The position numbers and the translations under genes were made by a program. DNA of 64,000 bases. Origin: Eledone cirrhosa. Taxonomy: Eukaryota. Location of the stretch: contig OZ024746.1 of the NCBI GenBank assembly GCA_964016885.1, positions 60,698,001 through 60,762,000 of the forward strand. The letters are read 5' to 3'. The notes under the pieces are model-generated. The model did not search any database and was not told the origin of the DNA. It worked only from the letters and a program-made list of their open reading frames with translations. Below, in pieces: positions 54,131 to 64,000 of the stretch; position 1 is the first letter of the stretch; each line of letters starts with the position of its first letter.

Positions 54131-55022
54131 CTCATACATACACACAGCAACCCCACACACTCACACACATACACACAGCAACCCCACACACTCACACAGA
54201 AACCCCTACACATTCACACACATACATACACACAGCAACCCCACACACTCACACACATACAACCCCCCCCCCCCCCCCACACACACACACACCAACCCCA
54301 CACACTCACACACATACATACACACAGCAACCCTACACACTCACACACATACATAGACACAGCAATCCCCAACACACTCACACACATACATACACACAGC
54401 AATCCCCAACACACACATACATACATAGACACAGCAATCCCCAACACACTCACACACATACATAGACACAGCAATCCCCAACACACACATACGCACATAC
54501 ACACAACAACCCCACACACTCACATACATACACATAACAATCCCCAACACACACACACATACATACACACAGCAATCCCCAAAACACATACATACATACA
54601 CACAGCAATCCCCAACACACACATACATACATAGACACAACAATCCCCAACACACTCACACACATACATACACACAGCAATCCCCAACACACACATACAT
54701 ACATAGACACAGCAATCCCCAACACACTCACACACATACATAGACACAGCAATCCCCAACGCACACATACACACATACACACAACAACCCCACACACTCA
54801 CATACATACACATAACAATCCTCAACACACACACACACATACATACACACAGCAATCCCCAACACACACATACATACATAGACACAGCAATCCCCCAACA
54901 CACTCACACACATACATACACATAGCAATCCCCAACACACACACATATACATACACACAGCAATCCCCAACACACTCACACACATACATACATAGACACA
55001 GCAATCCCCAACACACACATGC
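54070..55022. repeat. (TA)n followed by a CA-rich minisatellite
   Basis: Recurring CACACAGCAATCCCCAACACAC units. Confidence 0.93.
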
Positions 55023-56111
55023 ATAAACGTCGTATATGTAGCAATAAAAGACTTTCTATCCATTTAAGAAGACAAAACAGTTACAATAATTTCATGTTTC
55101 TTAATTGCATTGTCTATGGTGAAATGTCAAAAAGCTCTGTTACATTTCTACATTGGGATCACTGAAATAATTCACTTCCTCTCCCTATTTTATAAGACTC
55201 AATAAATTTTCTTTCTTTCTTTCCTCTTAAATTCTTTTAATTTCCATCTTCTTTAACCCTTTAGTATTTAAGCCAGCCATATCCGGCCAGAAATTTCTCA
55301 TCTCTCTCTGATCAAACCAGCCATAATTGGCCACTCATACTGACATTATGGTATTGTTCTCAAAGTAAATATCAAAATCTCATAGATTAAATATTATGTG
55401 AGATAATTATGTAAGATAAAGCCTTTACCATGAAAATACAATAGTATATATATATAGAGTAATGTAAATACTAAAGGGTTAAGCATGGATGTGGTTAATG
55501 ACTTTTGCATATTAGTGGACACTGTCTCCTGTAATACAGAGGAGGAGGGGAGCTTGATTGACTGCTTCTTTTAATGCCAATTGTCACCAATACCTCTGGT
55601 AGGTATCCTCAGTCCCTAGATTCTATCAAGACTTAACACATTAGCATTTAAACTGGACATATCCATCCACCTCTTTACCTTCAAACCGACTGTAACCAGC
55701 CACTCATACTTATGTTAAGGTATTGTTTTCAAAATAAACATTATCAAAATCTCATAGATTCGATATTATGTGAGATACTTATGTGAGATAAAGCCTTTAC
55801 CATGAAAATACAATAGTATATATAGAGTAATGTAAATACTAAAGGGTTAAGGTTCCTTTATTTATTACTTTACATTATTATCAGTTTCTACATTTGTATT
55901 TTTCCATTATGGCATGAGTTGGACGAAAGCCTAGAATGTATCCCAATTTTGATGTGGCATTAAGTGACAGAATGCCAGTCCATCATTAAACTTGGATGCC
56001 ACTGTTGGTACTTATTTTCAGCTGAGTAGACTATCAGAAAGGTCTATGAAAAATAAAGTGTCTTGCTCAAGAACACAATGTACTACCCAGTCACTTTATA
56101 TATCACCTTAT

Positions 56112-57402
56112 AATAGTAAGACCAACACCCTAACCACTAGGTCATGTGATAGTAAGACCAACACCATAACCACTAGGTCATGTGATAGTAAGACCAACAC
56201 CATAACCACTAGGTCATGTGATGGTGAGACCAACACCCTAACCACTAGGTCATGTGATAGTAAGACCAACACCATAACCACTAGGTCATGTGATGGTGAG
56301 ACCAACACCCTAACCACTAGGTCATGTGATAGTAAGACCAACACCATAACCACTAGGTCATGTGATGGTGAGACCAACACCCTAACCACTAGGTCTTGTG
56401 ATAGTAAGACCAACACCCTAACCACTAGGTCATGTCATAGTGAGACCAACACCCTAACCACTAGGGCATGTGATAGTAAGACCAACACCCTAACAACTAA
56501 GTTATGTCATAGTGAGACCAATACCCTAACAACTAAGTTATGTTATAGTAAAACCAACACCCTAGCAACTAAATTATGTCATAGTAAGACCGACACCCTA
56601 ACCACTAGGTCATGTGATAGTAAGACCAACACCCTAACCACTAGGTCATGTGAAAGTGAGACCAACACCCTAACCACTAGGTCATGTGAAAGTGAGACCA
56701 ACACCCTAACCACTAGGTCATGTGAAAGTGAGACCAACACCCTAACCACTAGGTCATGTGAAAGTGAGACCAACACCCTAACCACTAGGTCATGTGAAAG
56801 TGAGACCAACACCCTAACCACTAGGTCATGTGATAGTAAGACCAACACCCTAACCACTAGGTCATGTGAAAGTGAGACCAACACCCTAACCACTAGGTCA
56901 TGTGATAGTAAGACCAACACCCTAACCACTAGGTCATGTGAAAGTGAGACCAACACCCTAACCACTAGGTCATGTGATAGTAAGACCAACACCCTAACCA
57001 CTAGGTCATGTGATAGTAAGACCAACACCCTAACCACTAGGTCATGTGAAAGTGAGACCAACACCCTAACCACTAGGTCATGTGATAGTAAGACCAACAC
57101 CCTAACCACTAGGTCATGTGAAAGTGAGACCAACACCCTAACCACTAGGTCATGTGATAGTAAGACCAACACCCTAACCACTAGGTCATGTGATAGTAAG
57201 ACCAACACCCTAACCACTAGGTCATGTGAAAGTGAGACCAACACCCTAACCACTAGGTCATGTCATAGTGAGACCAACACCCTAACCACTAGGTCATGTG
57301 AAAGTGAGACCAACACCCTAACCACTAGGTCATGTGATAGTAAGACCAACACCCTAACCACTAGGTCATGTGAAAATGAAACTAACACAATAGCCACTAG
57401 GC
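56112..57402. repeat. 36-bp minisatellite (about 36 units)
   Basis: Unit GATAGTAAGACCAACACCCTAACCACTAGGTCATGT with GAAAGTGAG variants. Confidence 0.97.
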
Positions 57403-58319
57403 CCTCTACCGGTTCAACCCATGCTAGCGTGGAAGATGGACGTTAAACGATGATGATGATGATGATAGGACAATGATAGATGTTATATACAGTGTATGTG
57501 TTGTAATTAGGAACATACTTGCAAGTACTCAATTGCACATACACACACGCTTTCGATACCAGTAATGCACTGGGTAATTGCTGGCCTTGTGCCAAAAGTA
57601 GAAACAATTATTATTAACATTTTTAGGGCGGTGGAGGGTCAGACACCATGCTTTGACGCATAGAGTTATGGCCCTTGCCAGTTCAAATCCCGCCGAGGTT
57701 AACTTTGCCTTTCATCCTTACGGGGTCGATAAAATAAAGTACCAGTAATGCACTGGGTAATTGCTGGCCTTGAGCCAAAAGTAGAAACAATTATTAACAT
57801 TTTTCTTTTCTTTCATGAGGTGATGTTTGAATGGTTGGAAATATTTGCTATGTATTTATAAATTGTCTTAAAGTATGTTTATTTAAAACAGGCGAATCCA
57901 GCCAGAATTCTTTCACCTCTTTCTGTTCAAACCGGCCCCTCATACTTATGTTAAGGTATTGTTCTCAAAATAAATAATATCAAAACTTATAGATTCAATA
58001 TTATGTGAAATAATTATGTGAGATAAAGTGTTTTCCGTGAAAATACAATAGTATATATATATAGAGTAAAGTTAATGCAAAAGGGTTAAAGTATGTTTAT
58101 TATATCTGCCTAAAACATGTTTTATATTAAATTATTGTTACCTTCATGGTTATTATTATATTGATGTAACTGACTGAGCTAAAACCAAAATATATAAATA
58201 AATAAAACATGCATGTATATATATAAAATATATGTCTCTGATCTAGAGGTGGTGATATTTAAATACTTCAAGCACAGTACATAAATGTCCATGACAGAAA
58301 CATGACGCTCATACAAAAA

Positions 58320-59420
58320 ATACTTTCAGCCTAAAAACTTCAAAATGCCTTTCTAAAAACACTCTACTACAACCTTTTGAAGATGACAGATTGAATATGA
58401 TAAAAATATCAAATTTAATAACTCTACCAACCAGCACCAAAATGAACTTGAATGCAAGATTAACACAGTAAAACAGTAGGAATCCATTTGTAAACTCTAA
58501 TAAAACCCAAAACGCATATTCTCTCTAATTTATATATTTAAAAAAAATCATTAAGTTGTTTTAATCCTTTAGCATTTAAACCAGCCATATCCGGTCAGAA
58601 TTCTCTCACCTCTTTCTGTTCAAATTAGCCGAAACTGGCCTCTCATACCGACGTTAAGGCATTCTTCTCAAAGTAAATAATTGTTTCTACTTTTGACACA
58701 AGGCCAGCAATTACTCAGTACATTACTGGTACTTTACTTCTCAAAGTAAATAATATCAACATTTCACAGATTCGATATTTTGTGAGATAATTAATTGAGA
58801 TTCAGCCTTTACTGCAAAAATACAATAGTACATATAGAGTAATGTAAATGTTAAAGAGTTAATCAATATAAATGAGACAGCTAAAGACTTAGTTGCCACA
58901 TGAAAAATTTGAATCTTATTTGACCTTAAAAGACGTTAAAAGTAACTTTTCTCGTCACCCTTCCATTAAATTGATCAACTTGTCTAAACCCATTATAATC
59001 AGCAAAAAGACTATACTAAATAATATTAAAGATAAACCCAATCTACAACTAAGGAATAACATTAAAACCTGTTTCTATTGCCCAGTAGAACTTTAAAGTG
59101 GTCGTGTAGGTGACATGACAAAAAGCACCCAGCTCACACTGTAAAGTGGTCGTGTAGGTGTCACGGCAAAAGGCACTCAGCTCACACTGTAAATGTGGTT
59201 GGCATTAGGAAGGGCATCCAGCCGTAGAAATTACATTATTTAGGTACCTAGATAAACACCACAAAAACAACAAATTATTCAACTGAGACCCAGTTAAACT
59301 TTTATATTCAACCACTCACAATTTTGCATAGGCTCTAAAATTACAATTGGATATCAGATTATTAGTATTAAGAAGTTTACTCGATATATTACCCTGGTAC
59401 AATAAAGAGTTATTAGTATT
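58320..59420 (+). mobile_element. Penelope-like element remnant, interrupted by a MITE and SINEs
   Basis: LQPFEDD..NMIK, YLTLKD.KSNF..HPSIKLINLSK and KLFN..VKLLYS resemble Penelope RT segments. Confidence 0.65.
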
Positions 59421-59886
59421 CAATAGCTTATAATAATTATTAACTGAATTTCTCCGTTCGTTATTGTCTAGTATATTATTACTACTATTATTATACTGAA
59501 ACAGGACAACAGTCCACCCTATTTGCTACTGGTACTCATTTTGAGCTGAGTGGACAAGAAAAATGTGAAATGAATGTTCTCATTTGTCTAAGAATCGAAC
59601 CCAAGACATTGCGATCTGAGGCCCAACGCCCTAACCACTATATACTAGGTAAAGAGGTGAAAAACAACGGTAATAAAAATACTATCATAGTTTTTCACAG
59701 AGAAAATAAAATGTTTATCAGTTGTTTGTTTTTTGGTATCTGTTGTCTAAAAAGACCAGGAAATGAAGATGACTAAAAGGAGAAAGACGCGAAAAATGGA
59801 AGAAGAAAGCAGGAAAAAAGTAAGGAATAGATACAGAAAGAATAAATGGAAGAGAGAGAGATAAGGGAAGGGTGAGGGAAGAGAGA

Positions 59887-59943
<57 letters not shown>

Positions 59944-62116
59944 GACGAGAGTGACGGAAGAGAGAGTGATAAACACAGGGTGTCCCCCTAAAATGTATAC
60001 ACACTTCAACAGCATTCTAATAAAAGTATGTATACATTTTTGGGGGAACACACTATATATATATTATATACATGGCGAGAGTGACGGAAGAGAGAGTGTG
60101 ATATATGGGGAGGGTGAAAGACAAAGCGAAACCATCTCATATTTAGCATTTCTATCAGCTTTTTTGTTCTCATAACCATCATCACCAGCACCACCATACC
60201 ACCACCACTACTACTACTGTTGCTGCGGCTGCTACTGTCGTTGCTATTTCTGTCGCTGCTGCAACAACTTGCACTACTGTTGTTGTTTAGCCCAAGGTCA
60301 TATCCTGGTCTCAACAGGAGACCTATGATCAAAAGACGTTCCAGCCAATTACACGCCGTCTCCCCTCCCCCCACACAGTCTATTTTCAACAATGTCCATT
60401 AAGGCAGAGGAATACGGCTTGAGGGAGATTTGGCTGCTATTTATAAGCAAGTCGAGCCACTACGTAGATGGTACTACTATTACTACTACTACTTACAGGC
60501 CAACGTGGGAGCTTTTACGTGGCAACTTGATCTGCTGGAAATAGCAGCCGAAATCCCCTCAAATCACATCATAGTGTTATAACAGAAAGGAAAACACATT
60601 GGTCAATGTAATCCTAGATTTTAAAGAAAGTCAGAATGGTGACAGCTGATCATAGATCAATAAGAACTTCCTGGGCTTATCAACAACTATCTAAATCGCC
60701 CTCTAATCATACACTACCGTTTAAGAATAATGTTTGAAGAAAAGACATAATGGCTAGAACGACTTTGATTATAGAAGGTCTGCTGGATCATTGCTGCTGA
60801 CTGTGGTTTAAATAACAATAACTATTCTCAGGATCCAAATAATAGGTAGGGTTGGAATAAGCGGTGGGTGTTGGAAAATAGGTGATTTTTCTGTTGTCTT
60901 CGTTGATTTTTTTAAAAACCAGAATTAGTCATTTAGTTTACACATTGAGACTCCAACCCATCCTGTTTATTTTATAACGTATGGGATTTCTTATAATGAG
61001 CACTTTTGGTCATGTAAAATGTTGTTTTTTTTTAATGTATAAAGTAAATTAATGGTCGCAGTAATTCTACCACTTAAAATAAAATTTCGCCGAAGATAAA
61101 TTAACAAAATTTAATAGGTGGGGTGAGGATTTGGAAAAAAATCTTAAAAATTAATTAGCGGTGGGGGGTGGCTGCGATTATTCGAGACCCGCGAGTACAA
61201 ATATTTGTAATTTTAACTGAGCACGTCACATCAATTTCAAAGGGAGCAGCACTTTTGTACTCTTACTGCTATCGCTGCCATGTCAGAATAGCTTCTTAAT
61301 ATAAGCAGAAAGTTTCCGATTTTTAGGAGGAGAGAAAATATGAAACTGTGACGTTCATGCATTTTTTTGATCGTATTAAGGCGGGGCAGGGGACTTTGTT
61401 TACTGAGAACTCGAAAATGTATCGTTGGCATTGCTTGTCATTTGGGTTACTGGTGGTCGTGGTTGACGTGGTGGTGTTGGTGCTGGTGGTATGATGGTAG
61501 TAGTGGAAGTGGTGGTGGTGTTGTGCTGGTAGTCGTAGTGGTGACTGCGATAGTTGTTGTGGTCGTGTTGGTGGTATGGTAGTAATTTTGGTGGCCTTCG
61601 TAGTTGTGATAGTGGTGGTTCTAGTAGTGGTAGATGTACATGGTGAAGGTGGTAGTGGTGGAGTTTTACCTGCTGTTACAACGCTCACCACTGCTGCTAT
61701 TAAAACTGGTATGTTGACTGACGAAACTTAACATACACAAATATATATATAACCAAACAAAGAAACACGTACAAAGAGTTTCACATAAATTCCTGTCCAT
61801 ATATATTCACATATAAATGAATACACAGAAAAACTTAATGTAAATGTGTGTATATATATATATATATATATTCTTCTGACAGGCTGAATGAGTTGGGGTC
61901 CAGAACCCAACGAAACTTAAGTACCTGTTTATGTCACTGTTGTTATTATATATATTGCAAGCAGGGAAAAGCGGACGTAAAATGATGATGATATATATAT
62001 ATATATATATATATAAGTATTGAAATTTCCGTTGGAAACAGAAAAGGTCATAGAAATGAAGAGTGCTCTATGTAAGTATCAGAGCAAATTTAATGTATAA
62101 AAATCAATACAATATA

Positions 62117-62194
62117 ATTACCTCATTACCAGAGGTTTCCCGAATGAGGCGAATACGAAATAAACGACTTCATTCGTTCGTCAGACGAGGCAAT
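62117..62194 (-). ncRNA. Candidate type I hammerhead ribozyme
   Basis: Stem I AUUGCCUCGU/AUGAGGUAAU, core CUGACGA, stem II CGAAUGA/UCAUUCG, GAAA, stem III ACC-UCU-GGU, GUA cleavage triplet. Confidence 0.65.
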
Positions 62195-63115
62195 ATAAAA
62201 CATGGGTAAATACTTAGAAAAACTCATCAAGAAAATCAAAAAAAGATATAGATAAATGAAATAGAAATTGAAATATATAAAAATCTATCAAGAAATATAG
62301 TTAGGTGTGTGTATATGTATGTATATACGCTCACAGCCATATATATATATATATATATATATCAGGTTCATTAAATATGAAATGTCCGATTTTGAATTAA
62401 AAGTGCTTACGGAAATCGGACATTTCATGCTTAATAAACACAGTCAACCCTTGTTAAACTGGACCCATTGAGCCAGTCATCGGATAAACCAGATGAAATC
62501 TGAATTAAGAGTGACTGTCAACGACGACTTTCGCTGTTGTCTTTGACTAAGTGTTATTGAAGTATATATGGTTTAATTTGTCATAAATATTTAACTCACT
62601 CAATAATATAATCAGAACACATCATAATGGGAAACTAATTATTCTGTCTAATGTGACATATTGTAGCAATTGTTCTGAGATAGCTCTGCACACACTACTG
62701 CTAGTTGTATAATATGTACCGGGCGAGTGATGAAATTATAGGATAATGTCAAAAATAAGGACCAAAAGCAAGTGACATTTCACCAGGCCAGGACATACAT
62801 AACTCTTTAAGAAATATACCATTTCATTCTATTGCTCTACACTTCTAACTAACTAGCTTCTTAATTTGCCTATTATTTAATGTAATTCATCACTCTTACT
62901 TCCTTCTTTCTATATACAGTTGTCTCTCCCAGTATTCGCGGCGTTACGTTCCTAGAGAACCAGTGAAGAGTGAAAATCTGTGAATATTGGATGTGGTCCA
63001 TAAAAATGCCTTTAAACATCAAAATATAACGTAAAATATGATTAAAAAATAGGGAGCGTCTTATGCGACTGGGGCGTCCAATAGACCGGCAAACACGGTA
63101 TATTGTTATTAATAA

Positions 63116-63512
63116 CTAGCAGAATGGCCCGGCGTTGCTCGAGCTTCTAAACAGATTGGCATGTTTATTCCCTCCTTTCTGAAACAATAAAGAGAAGTAC
63201 GGAATATCTCGGCCTAGGGATGGTGTCTACATTTTGTGCTTAGGCAAATAATTTTCCATTAAGATTTTTCAAAAGCATGTAATTGCGTTCCCTCTCTTTT
63301 TTGTTGTTGTTTTTGTTGGTGTGATAGCAGCCGTTGGTCGTACTACTAAACCAGTCTCGTCCTTCTTCAGCTAATCGTGTATATCCCCTTCTGCCTTGTC
63401 TACCTAAACAATGATTGTAGCACCTCCTTGTACACAATGTTCCTTGTTCTTCCGTGTCGGGCATATGCAAAGAGATTTGTCTTGCTTCCCACTCTTGAGC
63501 AGCCAACGTACA
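63116..63512 (-). mobile_element. 3' end of an autonomous-type Helitron (RepHel helicase C-terminus 63400-63510)
   Basis: YVGCSRVGSKTNLFAYARHGRTRNIVYKEVL-like PIF1 end; same hairpin and CTAG terminus as the 28 kb copy; truncated by a SINE. Confidence 0.85.
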
Positions 63513-64000
63513 TACTCATCATCATCAACACCGCCATCATCGTTTAACGTCTATTTTTCTCGCTAGCATTGGTTAGACGGGTTGTCCCGTTTGAGGCAAG
63601 TTAGGTCAGGTAACCATGTCTTGCTCATACAGAACTGTTTCTGGCTTGGTTTCTACAGCTTGACAGGATGCCAGTCCATCGCAAGGTTATATCTCTAGCT
63701 ATTGCTGATACCCATTTTCAGCTGAGTATACTGGAGTAATGAAGTGTTTTGCTCAAGAACACACCATGCAATCCAGTCCAGTCCAGGAATCAAACCCACG
63801 ACATTATGATCATATTTCCAACAACCTTTCCATTAGGCCACGCGCCTCCACTATATATCAAATCACTATATAGATACACAATATGTATACAAGTAGGCCT
63901 GAAAAATTAGCCAGTTTAAAAAAGAATCACTGAGGTTAATTATACAGAGACGCTGTCATCATGAAAAACAACAGCTAAGTTAGTTTTAACTTGTTTAATG

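Noticed and set aside
56112-57402. Interstitial telomere
   Set aside because: At most one CCCTAA per 36-bp unit, inherited from the SINE head
55992-57446. 484-aa Thr/Ser/Cys repeat ORF as a protein gene
   Set aside because: It is the translation of a 36-bp SINE-derived minisatellite, with a non-ATG start and no unique domain
26640-64000. A second host protein-coding gene upstream of DDX55
   Set aside because: No exon with a recognisable non-transposon peptide was found; small or non-coding exons cannot be excluded by eye

Overview
Repeat-rich animal genomic DNA, probably a coleoid cephalopod such as Octopus (inferred from the SINE, RTE, Penelope and microsatellite landscape). One host gene can be reconstructed by hand: the DEAD-box RNA helicase DDX55 on the minus strand. 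Its 14 coding exons run from the ATG at 26479 down to 4551, give 506 codons with all GT-AG introns in phase, and the gene continues off the left edge. The rest is mostly mobile DNA. Retroelements include two RTE lineages, CR1, Vingi, R4/Dong, CRE and Penelope remnants, a probable solo LTR and two SINE families. DNA elements include a maT/DD37D mariner, hAT and pogo-type elements, about 19 TTAA piggyBac-type MITEs and two Helitron pieces. Several minisatellites are also present. Best leads: a near-canonical type I hammerhead ribozyme (62117-62194, minus), a branched T-shaped fold-back (about 28.0-29.3 kb), a PHD finger inserted inside the RTE reverse transcriptase, a minisatellite built from a SINE Pol III A-box, and inverted MITE pairs around DDX55 exons. 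All calls were made by eye; no searches were run.
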